Shown here one piece after another: positions 41,752 to 55,189 of a stretch of DNA of 64,000 nucleotides. The stretch is taken from positions 74,152,001 to 74,216,000 of the forward strand of contig OX597823.1 in assembly GCA_951406725.2 (NCBI GenBank). The letters are read 5' to 3'. The notes below the pieces were generated by a model. The model worked only from the letters and a program-made list of their open reading frames with translations, searched no databases and was not told the DNA's origin. Positions within the stretch are counted from its first letter, which is position 1. Each line of letters opens with the position of its first letter. This DNA comes from Octopus vulgaris. Taxonomy: Eukaryota. The position numbers and the translations under genes were made by a program.

Positions 41752-41887
41752 CAGTTCTATATTTAAGAGATGAGGAATTATGTACATTATTTACGTTAAT
41801 TAAAATTGACAGATGTTTGTCCTCATCTTGTTTGTTGTTAACAACAAACAAGATAAGGACAAATATCCGTCAATTGTAAATAATGTA
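41752..41887. mobile_element. Miniature palindromic copy of the 7582-8174 family with 13-bp TSD
   Basis: Same terminus cagttctatatttaagagatg; folds back at ttgttgttaacaacaa; TSD aatcttta(t/g)tgtc at 41739-41751 and 41888-41900. Confidence 0.85.
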
Positions 41888-42363
41888 AATCTTTAGTGTC
41901 AACATTCGCAATGGGGCCCACATCTTTTGATATCTCAGTGATGGAACTGTGTCATTACGAACTCCTCATGTAAAAGTTATTTTATATAGACGCCTTGAAT
42001 AATTATCAGTTGAAACTTGGTACTATCTTTCAATCAAAGGAAGTGGCCGAATGAAACATCTAAATATTCTTTTTGCATTGAAATTTATTCTTGTTTTAAC
42101 AAGATTGTTTTTTCTTTCGACAAACCCTCTTTGGAAACGTTTAGAAACTTAACCACTTCGTTTTCTATGGCTTAAAATCTATGACCTTTCCCAGTGTAAA
42201 AATATTTTGTTAAAATTGATGTCAAAATTTTACCGTCAAAAATCCTTAACGTCATGCATACAACCTGATTAGATGTCTTTCAAAGCATAATTCATCCCCT
42301 GATACAGTAATATTATTCACAGTAGACATAATGTTAAAATATTTCTAGAAGTCTGTAGCTGTA

Positions 42364-42576
42364 CGTTGGGGTGCTGAAGTTTCTGGCGTTTTGGTAAAAG
42401 AAAATATAGGAAAATCAGTTAACTATGATTTTATTCAATATATCCCCCTCTTAGATTCGCGCTTATTGCAGCGGTTCTTCATGTTTTATAAGCCCTGTAA
42501 AAGAACTCGGAAATTTGGCCCTCCAATCAGGCGTTTAACAACACACTTAAAGCCAGGAGCTTTTCAGTAACCCTCG
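42364..42576. mobile_element. Mariner-type MITE
   Basis: Imperfect TIRs cgttggggtgctgaagtttctggc and gccaggagcttttcagtaaccctcg, flanked by TA. Confidence 0.65.
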
Positions 42577-42699
42577 TAGCCTTATCTACTCCAATAATTG
42601 CTTTTCTTAGTTTCAAAATTGTTTTTTTTTTGTTAATATGCCTTGAGGTTAACAATCATACCACCGACTACTGGGTGGAACAAGGAAGTTTTGATCACG

Positions 42700-43200
42700 A
42701 AGTTATATTCCACTCTCATAATTATCAGAAAGGTCAGTTAAATTCACTAGGTGACATGGTGCTCTGTTCAATATAAACAGTGCATTAGCGGAAATAGTAC
42801 GTCTGACACTGTTCAGTCGATGTTAAAAGAACATGAGAACCATTCCTAGACAAGGCTTGCAGTCATGCAAGTTTTCTTATTTGAATATGTAATCACAGAT
42901 AGATTAAAATTAGTGCACTTGAAACTCCTTTGATTTTCGGAGGCATAAACAAAGAGAGGCTTTAACTTCGTATCAGTAGCAGCATTTCCTCCCACAAGAA
43001 ACGCCAGGCGATTTTTAGAAGCGTTAAAGCTCGATGCTTATTTTCTTTAACTGAAATTCCTGCCTCAGCAAGCGTGCAACTCTAGGAAAGCACCACTTTA
43101 TCTGCATTATACACTCGTTCTGTTCTATATCCTCCTTCAGTCATACATATCTTCATATACTCAAGATAATTATTAACGGGTGCTGTTTCAGGACTGGTAG
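42700..43200 (-). pseudogene. pogo/Tigger (DDE_1) transposase relic
   Basis: VYNADK...SKNRLAFLVGGNAATDTKLKPLFVYASENQRSFK...SNKKTCMT...EWF. Confidence 0.75.
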
Positions 43201-43871
43201 TTTCTGTATATTTGCCGATTTGATTCGAGGATCTTGTAATAAATTTAAATGTTCTTAATTGAAGCCTTTCCTGTCACTCATATTGTTCTGAGAAACACAT
43301 AAATATCACTCAATCGCATTTACTCTAGCTTGTAAATTTGTAAATAATGTGAATGTTATGTTTAAATTTCATTAGACATAAAGGCCTATATTTTATAGAA
43401 AAGAAAAAAATAGATGTAGTGGCATTCATACTTTCTCTTAGGACATTAGTGCGGCAATTAAATTACAATAGTTTTTACCAGCAACTTATCTCGATTGGCT
43501 ATCTCGTCTTTCCAGAAAGTTACCAATTCAATTGGATGTATTTGGATAGCCTATGTCTAAACAAGACGGGATGATTATGGCTGGGACGTTTCGATTACAG
43601 GTTTGTTCAACAAGAGCTAACCGGAGCTAAATCTATCCAGTATGCCGAGTTACTTACAGTAATGAACGCTAAGAAGAATTATATTGCACTTGGACCATTA
43701 AAAACATTCACATTCATTCTTATTTGTAGATACGGTTAATGTTTTTTTTTTATATAAGAGAAATGAAGTGAGAACATGATTCGCAGCAGGAAAATATTCA
43801 GCTTTTAAGAAACAATAAAACAAATGCTGACACGTTTGAATATAAATTAACTTTTTGAAAAAGTTAAACTG

Positions 43872-43903
43872 ATCTATCTATCTATCTATTTACTATCTAT
43901 CTG

Positions 43904-43995
<92 letters not shown>

Positions 43996-44001
43996 CATAC
44001 A

Positions 44002-44090
<89 letters not shown>
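43872..44090. repeat. Compound microsatellite (CTAT)n(CA)n(TA)n
   Basis: Direct reading of the sequence. Confidence 0.95.
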
Positions 44091-44093
<3 letters not shown>

Positions 44094-44564
44094 TATATGT
44101 GTGTATACACAGACACACACACACACATATATTATATATATATATGTCATTTTTTTAAATTGCTAAGATTCAAAGACAGAAGCAGCTGGCTGCATTATTT
44201 GTTTGTATGAATTCATTCAACACGACCAGTTTCGAAAATTCAATTACAAGTTATTTTGCAATTTAATTTAGTATGGTTAAAAAATAGCTTTCATTTTTAC
44301 AAAACTCCATAACATTTTCAGTATTTTCATTTAACTACAAATCCTGTATTAGCTACCCTTACTATTATCTTTATCATCCAGTACTATCCACCCAACAATG
44401 ATAGATGTATCATTTCGTTTATTTTGGTTGTTTCATTAGTTGTTTGAGACTCCACCTTAATAACTCAGACTTTACGAAGTGTAAGTGTTAAGAAGAATTA
44501 ATGTTTTAAGAAAATAGTTTGTTTTGCGATTTATTTTTGCAAGTTATTATCAAAGCATTTACAA

Positions 44565-44782
44565 AGGTAGCGAGCTGACAGAGTCGTTCGTACACCGGAG
44601 AAAATGCGTGGCAGCGTTCTATCCGAATTTGCGTTCTGTGTTCAGACGCTGCCGAGATCGACTCTGCCTTTCCTCCTCACGGGGGCGATACAGTAAGCAC
44701 CAGTTTAATACTGGGTCGATGTTATCGATTAGTCCCCTCCCGTAAAATTTCAAGCCTTGTACATGAAGTAGAAATGATTATT
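44565..44782 (+). mobile_element. Diverged family-A SINE
   Basis: aaggtagcgagctgacagagtcgttcgtacaccgg...ctgggtcgatg...gccttgtac. Confidence 0.72.
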
Positions 44783-45158
44783 AAGACATTTTTATCAACA
44801 CTCCGAGCGAACTGTTGTAAGAATAGAAGTGATCAATTACATAAACAAAGGCAATGCAGTTCCTGTCATAATTACATAACAACTTCATTTCTTTCTTTTA
44901 TTTGGTGTAATCTGTGGTAGTAAAAATTGTATTGAATTATCAAATACATATTTTTTTTTCTATTCTGTTACTGGTTTTAGCGGTTCGACTGTGGCTTTGC
45001 TAGTGCGTCGCCTTCGAGATTAGCTCCGTTGCAGAAATTTAGGTGAAAATATGAATTACAATATTTAAAGAAATTCACCCACAAATGCAAACTGTGATAC
45101 TTTCTCAGCATCAATATTCCTATATGATCATTATACGAATCGCATAGGATACTCGTAC

Positions 45159-45296
45159 CTCCTGTATGATGCAGATGTAAAGCATTTGAAATTGTAGATG
45201 CTGCTCTTGCAGTCTTTGAAGAAGTATTTCTAACTTCACAGTATGTTCTTCCACCTTTTTTCCAGATATTAAATATGGATTCTGTAAACAGTACTT
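45159..45296 (-). CDS. Candidate internal exon (138 bp) of an unidentified host gene
   Basis: Long CT-rich tract ending ttcag at the acceptor, AG/gtacga donor, length a multiple of 3, two open frames (VLFTESIFNIWKKGGRTYCEVRN... or KYCLQNPYLISG...); no recognised homology. Confidence 0.4.
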
Positions 45297-45889
45297 CTGA
45301 AGAGAGAGAGGGAGAGGAAGAGGGACATAGAGAGAGAGAGAAAGAGAAAAGGAGAAGGAGAGAGAGCTCTGCAACTGATGCCTGCTTTACACCCATCTTT
45401 ACAAAACAAAGAAGCTAAATCTCAAAACCTATCTCGTTCCACTCCGCTAGGATCGTCACCATACACACACGCACACGCATACACGCACATACACAAACAC
45501 ACACACATAAACAACTTTCTCTGCTTCAAATCAACACGACCACTCGATGTATTTTCCTTTATACCCAAATAACGCGATCACATATCTCTTCGACCCTTTC
45601 CAAACACTTCAATTTCTATCTCTCCACACTGATAAATCTTGATTTTTAATACAAATTACAGTGTGCCACAATCACTAAGACATTGAATTCGCTTCCCTTA
45701 TTCCTAGACTCTCCAGCATCAGAAAGACAACTACTAACTGACTATCAATACTGGTTTTATAATTACAGATGGACTGGACTTTTATTTTCCTATATCAGTC
45801 TACCAGTAGGAATTTACCCTCGATAAAATTGACCAAGCGTTGATGGAGTTCCTTTTGATTTATATTCATTTAACTCCGTTGTGCCTAAA

Positions 45890-46110
45890 AGTTCAGTTTG
45901 CTGATGATACAACACTGGTGGCGGAATCGAAAGAGCAACTGAGGAAACTGCTGTAGAATTTGGAAGAGTGAATGAGAGGAGGAAACTGAAAGTGAAAGTA
46001 GCTAAGAGCAAAGTGATGACTTGTTCGAGAGATGAAATGGAAGGTTGGAATGAATGTGAATATAAATGGTGAGATGTTAGAGGAATTGAGTGTTCTTAAC
46101 ATCTGGGGTG
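45890..46110 (+). mobile_element. RTE-like RT fragment
   Basis: QFADDTTLVAESKEQLRKLL*NL...KLKVKVAKSKVMTCSR...INGEMLEEL contains the F/YADD catalytic motif. Confidence 0.8.
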
Positions 46111-46534
46111 ACATGTTCGCACTTTTCTTCCAATACATAAATAACCTGGCTGCCATTCTTTTAAAAACTTCCTTTCATACGTAGATTATGCCTTCATTCA
46201 TTTCTTCCAAACTTTTCACATCCAAGCCGCATGGAACTTAGATCCCTTACGCCATACACGAGAAACTCCATCAACAGATAGCCCGGAAACATTTTCCGGT
46301 TGGGCCATACTAATCGTATTTCCCTCACCGGCACAGAGAAATAATCCCTACATGTATCGTTAAAAGATTATCAACCCATCGTTAAACATAACCAGCCCGC
46401 AACTAGAAATTTCCGTCTCTCTTTAAATGTTTGACCTGACCATTTGAGGGAAACGCACCTGGAAAACCGACATAGACACTTCGTGAGAAAGAGTGATCTT
46501 TGTTATTGTTTTGCATTATCCAACAACAACTACT

Positions 46535-46858
46535 AACTCTTTTACTCTTTTACTTGTTTCAGCCATTTGACTGCAGCCATGCTGGAGCACCGCCTTTAGT
46601 CGAGCAAAACGACCGCAGGACTTATTCTTTGCAACCCTAGTACTCATTCTATCGGTCTCTCTTACCAAACCGCTAAGTTGCGGTGACGTAGACACACCAG
46701 CATCGGTTGTCAAGCGATGCTCAGGGCGACAACCACAGACACACAAACATATATACACACACATACACACACACAAGGCTTTGGTCGTCCCGAGGCTATA
46801 GTAGAAGGCACTTGCCCAAGGTGGTTCATAAGCAAGCTACTTACCACACAGCCACTCC
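46535..46858 (-). mobile_element. Family-B SINE with internal deletions
   Basis: Colinear with 8460-8850. Confidence 0.88.
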
Positions 46859-47899
46859 AACTACTAACTGTTTATATATGTCTGATGACGCATTCAATAA
46901 AGTATTTCTTTCATATGCTGAACGATGCTTCAGTACGCAGCAGCTTTATCTAATTTTTAAATTCAAAAGCAACTGTTATGGGGTTTTCACACCGACGTTT
47001 ACATATTTCGCTGACGCACACACACACACGATCAAACAAACATTGAAACGCACGCACACACACACATACACACACACACATACACACTTTCTCTCTCTCC
47101 CCCACACACAGACTGTTGCCCAAGAGGCCACTCAGAGACATCGACCTCGAAATACCTTTATGTGCAAATCGAGCGTCTTAAGATATAACCATATCTGTGG
47201 TGGAACGATTTTCATTTTATTAAATAATCTTGTGATGGAAGCCTGTTTTAAGAAGAATTTAAAGCTGTCTCACAGAAATATAATTGATTCTAAGTATTTC
47301 CCAGTAAAATTGCAAGCAGACTGTGTTATGTCATCGACAATGTCCGATGGGAAAATGATTATTTCTTGACTGACTGGGTTACTCCGTTATAAATATGTAC
47401 GATGTGTAGTCAGAACTAAATGCTATTGTATATTTAGATCTAAGTCGTTTTTGACCGAGTAATACTATAATCAAGCCATACTAACCAGGAGTATCCTATC
47501 TCTCATCCCAACATAATGTGTATACACAGGCCTGCACTGTCCAACAAATACTTCCATCATTAACACTTAAGAGAGTCGTTTGAAGGAAATTTGGCTATTA
47601 ATAATTACAACTCGATCAACTGTGTAAAGGCTTCCTTAGTGATTTAGCAGTTAAAAGTTTTATGAAATGCGAAATTGAATAATTAACGTGTTTTTCGTCA
47701 GTAATAACTAATTGTGTTAATTTCATGACTAATGGTTTGGAAAACGTAATAGGAATTTCAACAATGTATTCTTCCTCATCTATGCTTTTAAGTGCTATAT
47801 TTTCAAGGTGATAAGTAGATGTCAAGGACGAAAATGAAGATGCTATAAGCGCTTAGTGTGTAATTTTTAAAGTATGATAACGTATGTTCGGATGAGGAA

Positions 47900-48284
47900 T
47901 TTGGAAGCACTCCGTCGGTTACGACGATGAGGGTTCCGGTTGATCCGACCAACGGAACAGCCTGCTCGTGAAATTAACGTGTAAGTGGCTGAGCACTCCA
48001 CAGACACGTGTACCCTTAACGTAGTTCTCGGGGATATTCAGCGTGACACAGAGAGTGACAAGGCCGGCCCTTTGAAGTACAGGTAAAACAGAAACAGGAA
48101 GAAAGAGTGAGAGAAAGTTGTGGTGAAAGAGTACAGCAGGGATCACCACCATCCCCTGCCGGGGCCTCGTGGAGCTTTAGGTGTTTTCGCTCAATAAACA
48201 CTCACAACGCCCGGTCTGGGAATCGAAACCGCGATCCTACAACCGCGAGTCCGCTGCCCTAACCACTGGGCCATTGCGCCTCCA
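47900..48284 (-). mobile_element. Young intact tRNA-derived SINE (family D) with 12-bp TSD
   Basis: Head ggaggcgcaatggcccagtggttagggcagcggactcg...ggtttcgattccc; TSD tcggatgaggaa at 47888-47899 and 48285-48296; CpG-rich. Confidence 0.92.
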
Positions 48285-48372
48285 TCGGATGAGGAACAGC
48301 CTGATGAGGAATCGTCCGTGTTCTGACACGTACCTCCTCACGTCAATGTAAACTTCGTTTAATCAAGATACC

Positions 48373-48609
48373 TATTTCTTTATTACCCACAAGGGGCTAA
48401 ACATAGATGGGACAAACAAGGACAGACATAGGTATTAAGTCGATTACATCGACGCCGGTGTGTAACTGGTACTTAATTTATCGACCCCCGAAAGGATGAA
48501 AGGCAAAGTCGACCTCGGCGGAATTTGAACTCACAACGTAAAGGCAGACGAAATACTGCTATGCATTTCGCCCGGCGTGCTACCGTTTCTGCCAGCTCGC
48601 CGCCTTTCC
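48373..48609 (-). mobile_element. Intact family-A SINE with 15-bp TSD
   Basis: TSD tttaatcaagatacc at 48358-48372 and 48610-48624. Confidence 0.92.
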
Positions 48610-48669
48610 TTTAATCAAGATACCGTTGACCTTAAGAGTAGCCTACGGTATACACCTCGCCTTGCTATG

Positions 48670-48898
48670 TGCTGGCAGAATGGTTAGCATGCCGGGCGAA
48701 ATGCTTAGCGGTATTTCGTTGCCGTTACCTTCTGAGTTCAAATTCCGCCAAGGTCAACTTTGCCTTTTATCCTTTCGGGGTCGATAAATTAAGGACCAGT
48801 TACGCACTGGGGTCGATGTAATCGACTTAATCCGTTTGTCTGTCCTTGTTTGTCCTCTCTGTGTTTAGCCCCTTGTGGGTAGTAAAAAAATAGGTATT
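48670..48898 (+). mobile_element. Family-A SINE, head-to-head with the previous copy
   Basis: gctggcagaatggttagc...gagttcaaattcc...tagccccttgtgggtagtaaaaaaatagg. Confidence 0.9.
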
Positions 48899-48968
48899 TA
48901 ACATTTCCGAGGTTTCGCTCGCTATGAAACTTATGTAGCCCGGATATTATCTACTTCATTCCATAACT

Positions 48969-49012
<44 letters not shown>

Positions 49013-50879
49013 TGTGTGTATTTGTGTTTCTTCTTCATCACTTGACAACTTGTGTTAGTTTGCTTTGTCCCCGCAATGAAACGGTTAGGCCAAACAGACC
49101 AATAAAATAAATAACGCACTTTAACAATAAGTTCTGGGTCGGTTTGTTCTACTTGATCGCAAAGTCATCATTTCGATTTCCGGACCAGGCAGAGCGTGTT
49201 GCTTTAAGTAAAATAATTAAATAAATAATAATAATACAACTTTATTTCGCACTTGTTTCACCCCCCTCAGCTCTAAATGGGAACCTTGCAATGGACTGGC
49301 CTTCCTTTCAGACGGGAATGTTAGCGTGTCTGCCTATTCAGCAAGGTGGCACCATTCGAATGCTGCAACAATGCGCAGAAGCGCATTATAACCAGCGGTG
49401 TATAACAATATTCAATACTGTGAGCAATACAGTGTATGTGTGTACATATGTGTATGTGTGTGTGCACGTATTGTAGATTTTTCCACTCAAACCAACACTT
49501 TGCCCTCTCTCATATTTTGTTATCGATGGGTGAAATTATACGCGAGTGGAGGCCACGTTCCAAAAGAATCTGTTCGGATTCTAACAGCGGGCTAATATAA
49601 GTCGCCTGAGTATGCGATCCTGCCATAGCCAAGAGATCGAACAACGTACACATATGCAATTTTACATATACTGCACGGAAAAAATACGAATCTGAAGGTG
49701 TTGTTATGTTGTCTCCAACCTCGGAAATGCCTGATAGTTTTACTCGTTTCTGAGAATTGATTCACACCTTTACAGCTATACAGCCACGCCAATGATTATC
49801 CTGTCAGTTTTATTTGCTCTTCATATTGTGGTTGTTGATCAAAAACAAAATGGTTAGCGTTATAGACACAGAAACGCAATCCGAAAATAATGATTCTATC
49901 ACTTATGGTTGTTCTACATCTCCATCAATTTATTAGCAACTTAACTAACCATATGCAAAGACAAAAAGGAAAATAAACTGTCATGAAATGCAGCATTTTG
50001 AATGTAGGATTTGTTGGCTATGATATAAACAAGAGTCATCACCTTGTTATCCACCGTTCAAGTAACGAGGCAGCGATTATATGGTCACTTGGCCGGCTAC
50101 ACAGAGCAGTCACGCATTAACAAAATCATTGAATAATATAATACTTGATGGACTTTAGATTTCTGTTGTACGTCAGTTTACCACAACCATCTGACTCTTA
50201 GATACCTATTAACATACGTTTTCTACGTACAAGTCTTGGGTACTTTTCAACAGTGAATCACCATTTAACATGACATGAACTGAATGAACACACGCCACAC
50301 TGTATAAAAAAAAAAGTATTATTTTAACACGGCGCATGAACTTTTACCTCAACCTAATATTTGCTCAGATCAGGTCACTTGCTATGCAAGTACATCTCCC
50401 TAATATTTGGTGTCTTTAATATAGGCACAAGGCGTAAAATTTAAGGGTAGGTGTTAGTCGATCTAATCGACTTCAGTATTTGGCGTGTATACTACTTCAT
50501 CGACCACCTTAAGAATGAAAAGTAAAGTTGATATCTCTAGATTTGCAGCGAACAGTAATGTCCCATCTTCCGTTTTGTTTCTCCAAGAGATTGACTTACT
50601 ACGGGGGCTGTGTGTGTATGGGGGGGGGGGCAAATTAAATATCAAACACAGCTATATCATTAATCTGGAACCATATTTGAAGAAAGATGTAGGCACTAGC
50701 TTTATTATCATCATTATATTAAGAATTCCTGATCACTATTACTGTTCTGTGTAAGGAACATAATTTTATGAAGAAGTGAGATGGTTACGGGGATGCATAG
50801 CAACACATCAACAGTAACACCTTATTATAACCATACAAATTTCTTTATAAAGTCAACTCTTTCCACAACACTAAAATAG

Positions 50880-51410
50880 TCACTACACATGACAAACAAT
50901 TCTTTTCTTTAAATGACAAATATATTTACGAGGAAAACAGTTGAAATGCTCTTCCACAATTGTCTCTTCTGAAATTTCTGATGTTATTGTATAGAAACCA
51001 CATCCACAACATTGCTGAAGCTACTTCCAAGTATTTAGGCTTTCTTCTTAATGCTAACACCTTCTTCCGCTCTCGGTATTTTCTTGTAATCACCGAACCA
51101 CAACTGGAACATAGAGTAGTACCGCTGCCATACAGGTAAATAGTTTAGACTGCATATGAAACAAAAATGTATCTACCTAATCGGCAAAGAATTATTCATC
51201 ATCCCGCTGTGACCACCAATGCACTGACGAGTTGAATCCGTTCCCCATCTATAGGTATTTCTGCTATCTATCCAGTTTGAAATAATCTTTTAATGTCATT
51301 GCTTACAGCTACACTTATGCAATGATTGCAACACTCGTAAGACATTACAGCAGGGCTTTACTACCAATTTTTGGCGCAATTTGCTGTATTGTAGACCTTC
51401 GGACTAAACC
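50880..51410 (+). mobile_element. Old CR1/Jockey-like LINE ORF2 relic
   Basis: NHIHNIAEATSKYLGFLLNANTFF...PQLEH resembles the post-RT HI..I...A.K.LG.L...RP.LEY region. Confidence 0.55.
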
Positions 51411-52330
51411 TTATCGGTCCTTTCCCTACACTCAAGAACTTATTTAATGAAAAACAAAATATGACATATTTCAATCAAAGAATATTGAACCCTCAGTTTT
51501 ATCATTTTTTTGGTATTTATAGAGTTGGTGAAATGTGCTTTGATATATAAAATAAGCAATGTAAAAAAATTACTGATGTGACGCCGCCGCCGCCGACGAC
51601 GATGATGACAACGACGATGATGGAAATGGTAACGATGGAAGGACAATAATACGCATGATACAGCTGAAATGGAATCCATAGTAACAACGAAGCTGAAGAT
51701 CATTTTCACGAAAGAAAAATCAATATTTCATTGTTGTTATTGTGGTTGTTGTTGTTGCTGTTGTTTTTGTTTGCATCTTCCTTCTCGTCTTCCTTATCAT
51801 TACAGTCATTATGATTGTCCACTTCTGTTGCAAAGCGAAGAAAATTTAAGAGAGAAAACTCCCAGGACAATATACATTAATATTAATTTACTCAGTTAAT
51901 GAGCTTGAACCTTGGCCAGTCTTACAATGCAAGATTGTATTCAATGATTGAATATACCATGCGATGCTATTGCTCTCTCTATTGGCTGGAAACCTCCAAA
52001 ACTCAGTCCATCTAGCCTACTATATCTAGCAGTGAGAGAAGCAATGACGTAAACAAAGTTGTATATGCATCCACATAGAACCCATTGATAATGATATCTA
52101 ATTAGGCATGGGAACCAATGCCGACTGAGACTTTAACATGCCAATCAATTATTTGAAGAGTCAATGGTTTGTATTTTGCCTCTGTACATTGTGCAAGACA
52201 ACAAACGCAACAGCAAATAAAAACGAAAGCAAAATTTAAAACAGCGAATAAATGTCTATCGCAATATCCCCGTCTACTTAACTGTAAATAAATGTCATAG
52301 TAGATGCACATGAATTGAACAAGGCCGTAC

Positions 52331-52667
52331 CTTTTCTCCTCTGAGTTAGCCATAGCAGCATATCTCATTTATTATTTCACTATAAAGCTGCTAGCGAAAA
52401 TAACTAATAGTTTACACCAGTAGGAATAATGGCAGAAGCTTCACAAACCGTAGTGGTCTCAACATCGGCAGCAACAGAACAATTAACAACAAGAGACGAG
52501 TTCCGACTTTTCAACTTACAGTTGTTCTGTTATTGGAAGTTGACTTGTATTCAATTGTACAAACTCCAAAGATTCAACAGAAAAATACTGGTGTTCCACT
52601 ATTGCTTTGCATTATTATGATTTAATGATAAATTCTCATTCAAACTAAATTATAGTCTTGAGCAAAC
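52331..52667 (-). other. Candidate exon carrying 5' UTR and a start codon
   Basis: Acceptor tgtttcttcatag/G, donor AAAG/gtacgg; ATGs at 52368, 52361 and 52353; non-repetitive sequence. Confidence 0.25.
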
Positions 52668-53143
52668 CTATGAAGAAACAGTTATTGTTTTAGAAAATGA
52701 AAGCAAAATTCGAAAACTTACGAATATTTGAATGATTCAATTAATTTCTCTACGTCTACGTGTCAAGAGACTGTAAATTTCTCCTCTACATTCTGTTTTT
52801 ACTGAAATGAAATTTATCTTTATATATAATTTGAAAAGCTTTGATTCTATCAAGAACAATAGTCTAGCATAAACATTATCTTTAATACAAACTATATAAT
52901 TCTTAGTAGGTCGTTAGGTTATATTGTTATTTATTTATTAGTTATTTATGTTTGATCTGAATGACATCGGAAAAATTTGCTGCTCGCTGTCACGATCGAA
53001 ATATATTTGTCTGGCCCGTTAATTTAAATAAATTGAAGTAAAACATCACGTGAGTTGTGAAGAAAATCATTCATCACTACCTCTGTTCAGCAAAACAGCG
53101 ACACAACAAAAGATATTTATAACAGTAACTTAGAGTTATTACA

Positions 53144-53226
<83 letters not shown>

Positions 53227-53238
53227 AAGAAGAAGAAG
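53144..53238. repeat. Compound (AAT)n(AAG)n microsatellite
   Basis: Direct reading of the sequence. Confidence 0.95.
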
Positions 53239-54017
53239 GAAAACAGCAACAATAAAATACGAGCAAAAATGTTAGTTTTTTCATTCAACAGAGACTGGAA
53301 GTTGTGAAATACAAGATGGTAGAGTGATATCTATAAAATATAAGGTATTGAAATACTTCGATTGACATATATTATCTATGCAATTCGTGAACAGAATCTC
53401 CATTTAATATTTAAAAACTCTGAGTTACGATCAGTTAACAAATACTTTTGAAAAAGGAAAAAGCATACAGCTGTAATTGGTCTGGTTTATAAAACCAGCT
53501 CAAGAAAAGCAGGGGGCAGATTCACATTTATTGTATTCACACACGAAGCAAAATATGTTTAGGTGGCAAGAACAAGGTATATATATATATATATATCTTT
53601 ATAGATACATAAATAACTGTGAAACTCGTCCTGTTATAGTCTCTCTTATAGACGTACAGTGTTAAAAGCATAAAATTATATCAATATATAAGGACAAAAT
53701 CCATTGATAGTGGTATAGTGAAACTCATTAAAAAAAAATCACTCATTATGCAATTAGCCGGCAAGCGGTTGCTAGTGAATATATGCTCTTGATGAAGCCC
53801 AATATGCAGAAATGCACATTTAACAATACCCCAACTCGATGATGTCTACCTGGTAATTTTGTATTTTTGCGTTTTTAACACTGAACCTGTAGAGAAGAAA
53901 CTAGCACAGGACGCATACCGCAGTTAATTTGACTCACAGTGTCTCAATGATAAATCTGCTTTAAGTATGAATCGGAGATTGCTATTACAAATTAATGCTG
54001 GTCCTGTCGCACATAAA

Positions 54018-54099
<82 letters not shown>

Positions 54100-55189
54100 T
54101 GTATGTAAGAAATACAAATAAAAACATAAATAGGAGAAACGAGATACATAATTTAGAATAAAATAAGTTTAAACTATGATCAATTATGAAATGATAAAAT
54201 GATGGTAAACAAAACAAATAGTAATTAAGAGTAAAAGTAATAAAATAATATTAAAGTGTATTAAAAGTTATTAAGATATTAAAACAATAACAAAGCAATA
54301 TAATTAAATCAAAATATTCTGTCGTACATTATACGCAATTTAAGCCCTTTCAACAGATTATTTGTATTACTGTCTCTATTTCATTTGGAATTGTTTCTAT
54401 GACTTGTGTAATTTGATTTTTCGTGAAACGTAACCTTACAGTATATTTATTCTGTATAGAAGCATTTCTATAAGTTCTACAGAAGTCATCCCCATAATGG
54501 ATAAACATTTTTGGTTTTTGTTCTGTTTAATAGTAAAGTGCGTTTAGTTCACATTATCTTTAGTGTTTCTCGTCTACAAAGAATCAATATTTCCTATAGA
54601 ATTTAATATAGACGATTCTAAATTAGAACTTACGCCTACGAAATTTAGAGTAAGAATATGTTCAGCGAGAATTCTTCACTTTTTTATTTTCGAGTTCATA
54701 ACGTTTACATTCGAGAACGAGTTAGAGTGAAAATCATATCTTCTATAAAATTCTTCATTATATCCTATATAACAATTGGATTAATTATGATTTTCTACAA
54801 TATATTAGTATATATCTCAATGTTGCTCTTACAACGACACTGTCAGTTACACTTTAATGGGCAAGTATCAATTACTCTACAGACACAATGAAACTTATTG
54901 GATTATTATTGAAATTATTGGACGTATTGAACTTATTAGATTATTATAAAAAAACATAATGTTACATAGTTTTCGAATCTATAGAGTCTGGAGGCCTCAA
55001 ATTGAATTATTGTTTATGTATTTACTGCTAGAAATACCTTTGATATTATTATAACCAAATACTGATTGGCTATTTCACTGATTACTAGTTGTAATGCTTA
55101 TGGACAGAATTCCTTTAGAGACCAGTCGAGTATCACAACTGTTTGTATCAGGATGGTTACTATAAATGCATTGTGAGCTATCGTTTTGT

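Noticed and set aside
50995-51135. Apparent plus-strand exon (tag/...CAG/gtaaat)
   Set aside because: The open frame resembles LINE ORF2 and the similarity seems to continue beyond the splice-like sites.
51975-52056. CCAAT, CRE-like TGACGTAA and FOX-like GTAAACA cluster as a promoter
   Set aside because: Short motifs expected by chance and no independent evidence of a start site.
53788-53820. TTGATGAAGCCC...GAAATGCA hammerhead-like string (also CTGATGAG at 48301)
   Set aside because: The stems do not pair convincingly.
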